From an uncultured virus (IMG/VR IMGVR_UViG_3300016467_000405) (lineage: Duplodnaviria > Heunggongvirae > Uroviricota > Caudoviricetes), in IMG/VR virus record IMGVR_UViG_3300016467_000405: a stretch of 64,000 nucleotides of DNA, one strand, 5' to 3'. The notes beneath the pieces are model-generated. The model was not told where the DNA came from and made no database searches. It saw only the letters and a list, made by a program, of their open reading frames with translations. Within the stretch, counting starts at the first letter, position 1; each line of letters starts with the position of its first letter. Position numbers and translations under genes: made by a program. Of this stretch, positions 29,843 to 37,476 are shown in pieces.

Positions 29843-30463
29843 TTAGTTCAAAATAATAACAGCGGTAGACGACGTATTCGCGGGGAACGTCACCGTAAAA
29901 TTACCGTTCGTAGAACTGTAAGTCGCTCCAAAGCTCAACACCGCAACTGCTGCATTATTTTTCGATGTGTTGTAGATCAGGGCGCCCGCTGCTGAGATTG
30001 TCGCGGCTGACCATGTGTAGCTATTCCAGCTAAGGTACGCCGTCGTACCAGATAGGGAAGAGCCTAGGTTCGTCAGCGTGCCACCGCCCGCGGTGTATCC
30101 TGTTCCAGAGGTTTCTCCAGAAGACGTATAGGCTGTAGTGGCGGAGCTCAAAGTCGCTGAGCTGGTGTACAGCGCAATCTTAAACGTATCACCCGATGTG
30201 ATCGTTGTGGACGAAACCGTCTGCGAAGCAGAAACGGTGTAGGTACCTACTCCGCCTGTCCCCGTACCAAAAGCAGTGATATAGGTTCCAGCGGTCACAC
30301 CTGTTCCGGAGATGAAAGACCCAACGCGAAGCACGCCATTGGTTACAGCCGAAATAGTCAGCGTGGTACCAGAGATAGCACCCGTGAATACGCCACCAAA
30401 GTCATGCACCCCGTTAAGGAGCTGCTGCTTCATCGAGCTAGGCAATGCCTGCGTAATAGCCAT
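29843..30463 (-). CDS. Tail structural protein
   Basis: MAITQA...HDF...FKIALYTS...GYTAGG...GALIYN...FPA pattern. Confidence 0.65.
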   Translation of the reverse strand: MAITQALPSSMKQQLLNGVHDFGGVFTGAISGTTLTISAVTNGVLRVGSFISGTGVTAGTYITAFGTGTGGVGTYTVSASQTVSSTTITSGDTFKIALYTSSATLSSATTAYTSSGETSGTGYTAGGGTLTNLGSSLSGTTAYLSWNSYTWSAATISAAGALIYNTSKNNAAVAVLSFGATYSSTNGNFTVTFPANTSSTAVIILN

Positions 30464-30582
30464 AGTTAAACCTCTTCGGAAATTTCGATGTCAGGCTCTA
30501 CGCTATCCGCTATCACTGACACGCTGTTAAGGGTGAATTCAATCGGGCCTGCATTGGTTTCTTCTGGTTCCATTTTAACCTC

Positions 30583-31227
30583 TTATTTGGTTGGGTAGCG
30601 TACTTGGGTCGTTCTATAAGCGTCTTCACGATCCTTAGAATCTGCGAGGTTCTTCAGTGAATCAAGCCCTTCTTGGAACTTGGACTGGTAGGTCTGCAGC
30701 AAATCATTCTCCCCTTTAAGGAAAGTATAGGCTTCGACGAGAGAACCATACAGCAGGACGTTCGGGAAGTTCGTTCCAACCCAGCTCGTCTGCGCTACCG
30801 TAATGGAAGGAGGATAGGCAAAATAATGGAACTCCACCGCATAGCACTGATCGGGCGTAGGCCCGAGGATCATGGACTGATCTGAGAAAAGTGCGTAGTA
30901 CTGCGGTAGTCCGGTAGGCGATCCCGGGTAGGGAAACGCTTCGCGAATGTAGTTCACATCCTTATTCAACAGGTAGTAGTAGTTACCGCTTGCGTCTATG
31001 ACTGCTAGTGAGAAGGAAGACAGGAAGTCACTTGGCAGGTTCAAATACTGAAAGTCCTGCGTCGTTTCGCCCGTTACATTCTTACGATAGGCTGGAAGCT
31101 GGACGTAGTTGTTGATTACACTTTCAGCATTGGTAATGAAGTTCGGGATATTCGCAACGAATACCGAGTCATTGGCTTCCGTATAAGCCTGAATCGCCGT
31201 GCTAAGAGTGGTGTACGTCCAAGCCAT
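30583..31227 (-). CDS. Head-tail adaptor-like protein
   Basis: TYTTL..AIQAYTE, FI.NAE..I, LPSDF, GPTPD.Y, LLYGSLVEA. Confidence 0.7.
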   Translation of the reverse strand: MAWTYTTLSTAIQAYTEANDSVFVANIPNFITNAESVINNYVQLPAYRKNVTGETTQDFQYLNLPSDFLSSFSLAVIDASGNYYYLLNKDVNYIREAFPYPGSPTGLPQYYALFSDQSMILGPTPDQCYAVEFHYFAYPPSITVAQTSWVGTNFPNVLLYGSLVEAYTFLKGENDLLQTYQSKFQEGLDSLKNLADSKDREDAYRTTQVRYPTK

Positions 31228-31229
31228 GA

Positions 31230-31391
31230 TTAGCCCAGTTTAGTGCTGCATTTAGTGCCTTTGGTCTGGGCGCCGGTCCCACGAACCTTGACAGTCTGCG
31301 TTGATGCGATATTGTTTGGGTAGCCAGAGCCTATAGGATTAAGCCCTCGCTTAGCGTACGCCGAAGCCGGTTTGTTTTCGATTTTAGCCAT
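31230..31391 (-). CDS. Small basic protein (53 aa, not in the ORF track)
   Basis: MAKIENKP...VKVRGTGAQTKGTKCSTKLG*; TAATG coupling to the upstream stop. Confidence 0.7.
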   Translation of the reverse strand: MAKIENKPASAYAKRGLNPIGSGYPNNIASTQTVKVRGTGAQTKGTKCSTKLG

Positions 31392-31600
31392 TAGCGCCCC
31401 CGACCAGAGCTCTTCTGGTTCATTGCACGGCTCAGATTCTTGCCGTACTTTTTGCGATCAAGGGAGGTAGGACCGCCCTTTTTAAGGCCAGACAGTTTGG
31501 TTTTCTTACCACCGTGGAGCTGCTTGTCGTGCATACCTACGGCCTTCTTGATTAATTTTTTGTCTTCAACAATATCTTCATGTTTCATAATGCGCCTCAC
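31391..31600 (-). CDS. Small basic protein
   Basis: Lys-rich; LKKGG motif; coupled to its neighbours. Confidence 0.65.
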   Translation of the reverse strand: MRRIMKHEDIVEDKKLIKKAVGMHDKQLHGGKKTKLSGLKKGGPTSLDRKKYGKNLSRAMNQKSSGRGR

Positions 31601-31980
31601 AAGATTGCATTGCCCGGAAGAGGAGGAACAATCACCACACCGGGAGTTACGGAAGTGAACTCCGTAATGAATACGTTGTTCAAGCTAAAATTAACCTGTT
31701 GACCTGCAACAGGATTGTACGCGAAATTAGAGCACGAATCATTTCTGTTCGTGTCAGGGCGAGGTTCACGAAGCGCCTGCGGGTCGTTAGAAACTTTCTG
31801 CCCACCAATAACGCCCACCCAATTCTGTGGGTGGTCGATTTCCCAACATTCTTTGCACCTCTTGGTGTTAATAAGTTTGCCGAGAATGTAGATCTTGCGC
31901 ATGGTGCGCAAGTCGTATCGTTGACCACAAAGATCGCAGAAGCCAAATGCCCGTTTGTAACTAGCAAATCTAGTCGCCAT
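31597..31980 (-). CDS. Zn-finger virion-region protein
   Basis: CDLCG...CKECWE.DHPQ...DPQALREPRPD. Confidence 0.65.
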   Translation of the reverse strand: MATRFASYKRAFGFCDLCGQRYDLRTMRKIYILGKLINTKRCKECWEIDHPQNWVGVIGGQKVSNDPQALREPRPDTNRNDSCSNFAYNPVAGQQVNFSLNNVFITEFTSVTPGVVIVPPLPGNAIL

Positions 31981-32484
31981 CTAGACCCCCGCGAACTTAT
32001 TCTTCTTGCGTATGTTATCCCTTGCTGGGATAACCTGCAGATTCCACGGTACGTGCATCCCGGAGACAGTTTTACCTTGTAAGGGCACTATATGGTCTAC
32101 ATCCCACTGAAAACCAAAAAGTTCTGTCCTATGCGCCGCTAATTTGTAGGCTTCTTTTACCAACCAGAGATCATCTTCAGACAACCACGCTGGAGTTCTC
32201 AGTTTGACTACACCCTTTCTAGCAGCGTTAAGGGCCCGAATAGCGCCTTTATTTTCTTGGCGGTACGCTTTTTTGTTCGCTAAATATCTAGCTCTGTTCT
32301 TAGCGTAGTCCTGCTGTTTGTCGGAAAGTAGCTTGTCTCTATTTGCCTCACGGTACTGCGCTTTCTTAGCGTTGTCACAGGCTTTACAAGACCCGCGTAG
32401 CCCTAGCAATCCTCTGGTACTTTGCTTATAGAAAGCACTTTCTGGTTTGGTTTCTAGGCAGGTCTTACAAGTTTTCACTACCAA
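31981..32484 (-). CDS. HNH endonuclease (free-standing)
   Basis: CKTC..CKAC; VDHIVPL.G..VSGMHVPWNLQVI...N..K.N. Confidence 0.85.
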   Translation of the reverse strand: MVVKTCKTCLETKPESAFYKQSTRGLLGLRGSCKACDNAKKAQYREANRDKLLSDKQQDYAKNRARYLANKKAYRQENKGAIRALNAARKGVVKLRTPAWLSEDDLWLVKEAYKLAAHRTELFGFQWDVDHIVPLQGKTVSGMHVPWNLQVIPARDNIRKKNKFAGV

Positions 32485-33182
32485 CCACCACTCAGATAAC
32501 CTGCAAGAGGTACAAAACGCACTGGACTGCGGTCACGATCTTCATCTTTAGCAAGCTGTAGGGCTTCATCGTAATTGGCCTTAAGAAGCTGTATACGGTT
32601 CGCATCCAGATCAGACTGCTTCATTGCGAGTTGGTAAGCGAGTCCAGCCGTCAGAGCTTCGTAAAAACGGAATGGTACATCCTGTGTAGTCTGCCCATTA
32701 GCTCCTGCATCATCCATGCGGCGAAGATACCAATAATGGAAGATGTACCCAGACTGATTAGGCACAGGCCAGACGTTGATTGTAGGGATCGGAGACTGAC
32801 GATCTACATACACTTGCACAGGGCGCCCTTGAGCTAACTTATTAGGGATAGCTGCGTACGTAGGGAGCGCGATGCGCGGAATAATGATATCGGTCTGGTT
32901 GTACTGACTTCCCTGATTCTGACGAATCACCTGCTCGATAATGTCGATGCAGTCTGCTGGTAGGTCATATGTGCCTTGACCTTGCGCCAACGTGATGTCC
33001 GCTGGTGTAAAAGTCCACATGTTCAACCCTTGGTTAGCCCAAGAGGTGATGAGATAGTTCAGGCTACGCCTTGCCGTACGCCACTGATACCCCGTACGGA
33101 CTTCAAGCCCTATACGTTCGTAGGCTTCTTCTACGATCTCAGAGAGATCCGGGTTGAACAGCGTGGTGCCTGAGACTGTCAC
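32478..33182 (-). CDS. Head-tail adaptor / tubular protein A-like
   Basis: IVEEAYER.G, TARRSLN...WANQG.N.WT, GRP...WPVP, PFRF...GLAY.LA.K. Confidence 0.7.
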   Translation of the reverse strand: MTVSGTTLFNPDLSEIVEEAYERIGLEVRTGYQWRTARRSLNYLITSWANQGLNMWTFTPADITLAQGQGTYDLPADCIDIIEQVIRQNQGSQYNQTDIIIPRIALPTYAAIPNKLAQGRPVQVYVDRQSPIPTINVWPVPNQSGYIFHYWYLRRMDDAGANGQTTQDVPFRFYEALTAGLAYQLAMKQSDLDANRIQLLKANYDEALQLAKDEDRDRSPVRFVPLAGYLSGGW

Positions 33183-33184
33183 GA

Positions 33185-33469
33185 CTAACCCCAGATAGCG
33201 GTAATAGCGGATACGTGTGAAAGTTCAGCGTATATGCTGGTAGGGAACAGCACCCCTTCACCCGGAATAAGAAGATAGATAGTGAACGTGTCGCTTGTAC
33301 CAACATCAAGTTCCATCAGTACGGTGCCTGTGACGCTACCATCACGAAACTTAATATAGCCATTCGTTCCATCGCCACGATAAGAAACGCTCTTCAATCG
33401 CGCGCGAGCAGAAGTAACAGCGCCACTGGCGGTAAGGTGGGTGGATTTAACGTCATATTGCATCGTCAT
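33185..33469 (-). CDS. Small beta-rich virion protein
   Basis: DVKS...RARLK...IPGEGVLF pattern; in the head block. Confidence 0.55.
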   Translation of the reverse strand: MTMQYDVKSTHLTASGAVTSARARLKSVSYRGDGTNGYIKFRDGSVTGTVLMELDVGTSDTFTIYLLIPGEGVLFPTSIYAELSHVSAITAIWG

Positions 33470-33479
33470 GGCGGTGTCC

Positions 33480-33731
33480 TCAACAATTCCACGCTTTCAG
33501 CGACAGCGCCTTGCGTGTTGGTTTACCTTTTTCATCTTTCATAGGCCCCGGCATACCGCTCATTCTTGCGCAAAATGACTTACGGCGACCCGCATCTTTC
33601 TTAGTTTTTGGATGTGGCGCAGGGGGTTTCAAATTCATACCTTGCGCTTTTGCGCTGGCTCTACCTTTAGCGTTCAAGCCGCCTTTAGGGTTCTTTCCTT
33701 CTTTGCGTTGCCACGCTGGGGTCTTAGCCAT
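33480..33731 (-). CDS. Small basic conserved phage protein (DUF6321-like)
   Basis: PAWQRKEGKNPKGGLNAKGRAS...RRKSFCARM...W.C. Confidence 0.7.
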   Translation of the reverse strand: MAKTPAWQRKEGKNPKGGLNAKGRASAKAQGMNLKPPAPHPKTKKDAGRRKSFCARMSGMPGPMKDEKGKPTRKALSLKAWNC

Positions 33732-33886
33732 TATTTCTTCCTCGCTGCACGCATGTTATCGACGAGATTCGGATACGGACGCCCCGCCTTTTTAGCCGCG
33801 GCTTTAGCCGCTGACTTCTTGGCTGAGCTCAGCTTCTTAGGTTTTCCGAGACCCTTGGGTCTGGGTTTGTCCCATACTTCTTTCAT
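33731..33886 (-). CDS. Small basic protein (51 aa, not in the ORF track)
   Basis: MKEVWDKPRPKGLGKPKKLS...AGRPYPNLVDNMRAARKK*; ATGA and TAATG coupling at both ends. Confidence 0.75.
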   Translation of the reverse strand: MKEVWDKPRPKGLGKPKKLSSAKKSAAKAAAKKAGRPYPNLVDNMRAARKK

Positions 33887-34323
33887 CGCTGCTGTGGCCT
33901 CTGGACAACCTGAGATGTAGGATTGCCCTGAATCTGGAGCCCTTGGGGCTGTTGGAACTGAGCAATACCGAGCGGTTTGTTCCCTTGCTGTGATGGGAGC
34001 CCTGAAGCCATACCAGAGGGCGGAGAGCCCAGAGGAGTCTGCATTGGAGCGGGTTGCCCACCTACACCACCATCACTACCACTATTGTCAAAACCCATGT
34101 CCATAGGAGCGTAACTACCACCAGAATCAGGACCGCCATTGAACTGCGTTGAAGCAAGTTGAGGCGGTTGGTTTAGCTGACCCTGCTGTGGATACTGCAT
34201 GAAGCCCTGAAAGTTAGGGGAGGCAAAGTTGTTATACCCACTCTGGACCATACCACCATCGGCATAGCCAGTAGGGACCTGCCTACCCTGCGTAGGGCCT
34301 GCGCCTTGCCCGCCCCCAGCCAT
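33883..34323 (-). CDS. Gly/Gln/Pro-rich low-complexity protein
   Basis: Coupled ORF; YADGG motif. Confidence 0.55.
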   Translation of the reverse strand: MAGGGQGAGPTQGRQVPTGYADGGMVQSGYNNFASPNFQGFMQYPQQGQLNQPPQLASTQFNGGPDSGGSYAPMDMGFDNSGSDGGVGGQPAPMQTPLGSPPSGMASGLPSQQGNKPLGIAQFQQPQGLQIQGNPTSQVVQRPQQR

Positions 34324-35075
34324 TAAATAAACCGCCCCTTGGTGCGACCACGAATGGCCTTACCATCACCACGACCACCTATACGGCCTCCACGCTTATA
34401 CCCATCAGTTGCATCATCTGCTGCTGATTGGAACTCTTCCATGGCGCCTTTCATACGACTTGTTTTTGAAGCCATATCAGAGGTTGCATCCTTCATACGC
34501 GCTGCTGAAGCACGAAGATCCGCCAAGAAAGCATCATCGTCAGAAGAAGCTCGGGGCTTACGTGCAGCAAGCTTAGGCGCAGCCTTTTTCGGAGCTGGAA
34601 TTGATGATTCAGGGCTACCCTGCGGAAACGCCGCACGGGCTTTCAGGCCTTCACCGGGATAATCACGCGGTTTATCAGAACCTTCGCCTACAGCGGGGCT
34701 GTATGCGGCTAGACCGATACCACCTGCCAAGCGCCCAAGACCAGAAAGACCTCTAGAAGATGCCGCCGGAGCCGCACTAGGTGCAGGCAAACCGCGAGCG
34801 CCAGAAGCCCCAGCACTACGCCCAGAACCGATGTCCTTAATACCGGGGCTTTCACCACGAATCGCGCGTTCAGCGATATCCGTAGAGGCCCTACGCGCCA
34901 AAGGTCCGCCAGAAGGTTCACCAAGACCCGTCAAACGACCACCACTTCTAGGCGCTTGAACATCTGTAGAAGGCCTAATCGCAGGTACCTTGGCTTTAGG
35001 AACATTGGGTTTTTTCCCAGATGCTTTAACCCGAGCCTCCATGCGGCTACGGTTCTGTGTGCGTACATTAGCCAT
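34323..35075 (-). CDS. Basic low-complexity protein
   Basis: Ends YKRGGRIGGRGDGKAIRGRTKGRFI. Confidence 0.6.
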   Translation of the reverse strand: MANVRTQNRSRMEARVKASGKKPNVPKAKVPAIRPSTDVQAPRSGGRLTGLGEPSGGPLARRASTDIAERAIRGESPGIKDIGSGRSAGASGARGLPAPSAAPAASSRGLSGLGRLAGGIGLAAYSPAVGEGSDKPRDYPGEGLKARAAFPQGSPESSIPAPKKAAPKLAARKPRASSDDDAFLADLRASAARMKDATSDMASKTSRMKGAMEEFQSAADDATDGYKRGGRIGGRGDGKAIRGRTKGRFI

Positions 35076-35077
35076 AA

Positions 35078-35149
35078 CTAGCCCTTCTTTTTAGCTTGCT
35101 TGAGCTTTTCGTTCATGCGGCGCTTGTTGATTGCTTTTACATTAGCCAT
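35078..35149 (-). CDS. 23-aa basic peptide (not in the ORF track)
   Basis: MANVKAINKRRMNEKLKQAKKKG*; fits exactly between flanking genes. Confidence 0.5.
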   Translation of the reverse strand: MANVKAINKRRMNEKLKQAKKKG

Positions 35150-35151
35150 GA

Positions 35152-35481
35152 TTACACCTTCTTGCAGTTAGTACGACCTTTCTTGGCGATACCGTCGATG
35201 GAACCACCCTTGGCATAACACTTGCCACCAGAGGCCATCTTTTTAACACCGCACATTCCGCCTTTCTTCATGCCCGGCATTGCGGAGCGGAGCCCTGCGG
35301 CCTTATCCATCGGCGCCATAGCAGCACCAACAGACATAGAGTCCAGCGGACGTTTAGCTGAAATCTTGAGTGAAGACTTCTTTGGCTTGGGCGCCATTGA
35401 TTTACGAGCATCTGCTTTAGCCATTTTGCTACCTCTAGCTTTTTCCTGTATGGGAGATATCCCCCGTGATGACATTGTCAT
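35152..35481 (-). CDS. Small basic protein
   Basis: MKKGG, MASGG and YAKGG, then DGIAKKGRT at the C-terminus. Confidence 0.65.
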   Translation of the reverse strand: MTMSSRGISPIQEKARGSKMAKADARKSMAPKPKKSSLKISAKRPLDSMSVGAAMAPMDKAAGLRSAMPGMKKGGMCGVKKMASGGKCYAKGGSIDGIAKKGRTNCKKV

Positions 35482-35711
35482 TTGTCTACCTTCTGCTCCA
35501 GCTTGTCCATTATGCGATTGAACATGCCTTTGATCTCAGCCATATCGATCCGGTAGTCATCCTTGCGGACATAGTTCTCGTGGATCATTCGGTTAGTCTC
35601 TTTCATGTCTTCTTTGAGCTCGCGAATAGCGTCCCAGACAATCTTGAACAACCAACCAAACAGTGCTCCTACAAGAGCTATTACCCCATCAACTATGTAT
35701 TGCACATCCAT
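35478..35711 (-). CDS. Small membrane-anchored coiled-coil protein
   Basis: MDVQYIVDGVIALVGALFGWLF + YVRKDDY...KLEQKVDK; true start probably 35711. Confidence 0.6.
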   Translation of the reverse strand: MDVQYIVDGVIALVGALFGWLFKIVWDAIRELKEDMKETNRMIHENYVRKDDYRIDMAEIKGMFNRIMDKLEQKVDK

Positions 35712-35724
35712 TGCACTACCCCAA

Positions 35725-36192
35725 TTACGGGGTAGGTGCTGAAGTTCCATCGGAGTTCTTCTGAACGTAGGTGACGGTGATCGTCGCTGCGCCAGTAACC
35801 GCTGAACCCGCGGTGGTGGCAACAACCAGAACATCCGAAGTACCGATGTTGTTAATCGCGGTGGTGACAATCGTCGGAGTGGCTGAAAGCGCGGTGCTGA
35901 TCAGACCTACAGAAGTGATCGTCGTAGAGGTGACGTATTTATTGGCGGTCGTGCCATCACCAACAGTCAGCGTGGTCGCTGCGTTAAAAACAGTGGTGGT
36001 ATTAACCTGAATGTCGAGAATCTGTGAACCTGCCGGAAGAACGGCAACAGTCGTGGTACCAGCCGCTGCGGGAACTGCAGTAGACTGAGAGAGAACCGTA
36101 AGGCCCATATTTGCAACGGTGCCCGGAGTGGTTCCAGTGGTGTCTTTAACGGTTCCGGTGCGCCATACACCAAGATGAGATGCGAAGCCCAT
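35725..36192 (-). CDS. Putative capsid decoration protein
   Basis: Thr-rich beta protein (LPAGSQI.DI...TVFN...VG...YVQ) just downstream of the capsid locus. Confidence 0.55.
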   Translation of the reverse strand: MGFASHLGVWRTGTVKDTTGTTPGTVANMGLTVLSQSTAVPAAAGTTTVAVLPAGSQILDIQVNTTTVFNAATTLTVGDGTTANKYVTSTTITSVGLISTALSATPTIVTTAINNIGTSDVLVVATTAGSAVTGAATITVTYVQKNSDGTSAPTP

Positions 36193-36203
36193 AATAATTA
36201 CCT

Positions 36204-36274
36204 GTGCACTTGCGCCTGTCGTCTTGTGCGGAGTCTGCTAGGGCAGTCGAGCAGGCAATTAATAAATCCCTAGA
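36204..36274 (-). ncRNA. Candidate structured RNA leader (stem, hairpin and pseudoknot)
   Basis: Minus strand: CUAGGG...GCCUGcUCG a CUG CCCUAG CAG...CGACAGGC; the pairings are visible directly. Confidence 0.45.
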
Positions 36275-36295
36275 TTTAGGTTTCTTATAAGCTAC

Positions 36296-36508
36296 TTACT
36301 TTGCTGTGTCAACGCCTTCATTTTTGAGGCGGATTCCACCTCCGATGGCTGTGATAATGGCTCCAATTCCGGCCCCGACCTCAAGGGGAGCAGCGCCCAC
36401 CACAATAGCTGCGCCAACAAGAGCCACACCAAGAAACCCAATAATCCGAACAGCGCAGTAAGTCGTGTTGTCCCTTTCTGTGAGTGCATCATGGATAACT
36501 CCTTTCAT
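36296..36508 (-). CDS. Small membrane protein
   Basis: Two hydrophobic segments; overlaps the GIY-YIG stop (ATGA). Confidence 0.55.
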   Translation of the reverse strand: MKGVIHDALTERDNTTYCAVRIIGFLGVALVGAAIVVGAAPLEVGAGIGAIITAIGGGIRLKNEGVDTAK

Positions 36509-37365
36509 TGGGGTCCTCTACCATCTGGAAAAGCAATGTCGTAATTGTAGTTCTCTTTATAGCAAAATGCCCATCCTGCGCACTTGCCTTTTGACAACGG
36601 TTTACCTGACTTAAGAGCTCGATCTACAGTCGGCGGTGTAAGCTTCAGCGCTTGGCGCAGTTTGGTTATGGTGGCAAATTCCATTATGGCTCCAACAGGC
36701 GTGATAGCCACAATAGAGCGACCCATTTTGTCTCGTGACTCTTCTGTATGGTTGCGTCCTTCCCAATGTGAATAGTGCCCGGCTTCTGCTGCTGCACGGA
36801 TCTTAGCCATACCTTCCGGTGACACCGTACGCCCCGGCCCTTTCGGCTTACCCCGTTGCGTATCGCCGATTTTCTTACGGGTTTCTTCACTTACCGTTTT
36901 GCCGTAACGATAGTGATCTGGGCCTGCATGTTTGCCTTTACGGTTTTGCGACATTGCATCAAGCGTTTCAGGTGTGTGCTTCAGCCCCTCTCTCGGATGA
37001 GTATGCTCCGCATAGTAATCGCGCATTATCTGCGCGTGCTTAGCCCTAAATTCTGGGCTTGCATCCCGCATGGGTGAGTCAGCATGGGCGGCTACGTTGT
37101 AGCAATAATCCTTACCAAAATGCTCATCCAACCACTTCTGCTCAGCGGGATAGAGTTCCTCCTTGGAATTGAGCTGCTCAATAACCTCAAACTTGAAACA
37201 ATCTTCTCCGTATTTATCCCAAGCACGTTGCAGGTGAATGCAGTCGTGGTTACCTAAGCGGAGCGCTTTACGATGCGCCCAAAAGCGCTTACGAGAATCG
37301 ACAGTGCTGCCGACATAGAACTTGTTGTTTACGACGTTGCGAATTTTGTAGATGACGTTCTTCAT
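36505..37365 (-). CDS. GIY-YIG homing endonuclease with NUMOD3-like repeats (free-standing)
   Basis: VIYKIRN..N.KFYVGS...RF..H...YN; HTPETLDAMS, VSEETRKKIG, HTEESRDKMG. Confidence 0.9.
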   Translation of the reverse strand: MKNVIYKIRNVVNNKFYVGSTVDSRKRFWAHRKALRLGNHDCIHLQRAWDKYGEDCFKFEVIEQLNSKEELYPAEQKWLDEHFGKDYCYNVAAHADSPMRDASPEFRAKHAQIMRDYYAEHTHPREGLKHTPETLDAMSQNRKGKHAGPDHYRYGKTVSEETRKKIGDTQRGKPKGPGRTVSPEGMAKIRAAAEAGHYSHWEGRNHTEESRDKMGRSIVAITPVGAIMEFATITKLRQALKLTPPTVDRALKSGKPLSKGKCAGWAFCYKENYNYDIAFPDGRGPQ

Positions 37366-37386
37366 GGCTATCTCCAGCTGGTAGAG

Positions 37387-37417
37387 ATATTAAGCCACTG
37401 AAAGAACGGTGTGTCAA
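37387..37417 (-). promoter_or_regulatory. Putative sigma70 promoter for the GIY-YIG gene
   Basis: TTGACA (rc of 37412-37417) followed by TGGCTTAATAT; spacing to the -10 is imperfect (17-19 nt). Confidence 0.4.
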
Positions 37418-37420
37418 GAC

Positions 37421-37446
37421 AAAAAGAAAGGGCCCCGAAGGGCCCT
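37421..37446 (-). terminator. Intrinsic terminator after the major capsid gene
   Basis: AGGGCCC-TTCG-GGGCCCT-TTCTTTTT on the minus strand. Confidence 0.9.
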
Positions 37447-37476
37447 CTCGATAATCACCTAAGTGATTGATTTTGC

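Noticed and set aside
36505..37365. Group I intron carrying the GIY-YIG endonuclease
   Set aside because: The flanking genes are intact, the capsid gene ends with its own terminator, and no intron core was recognised.
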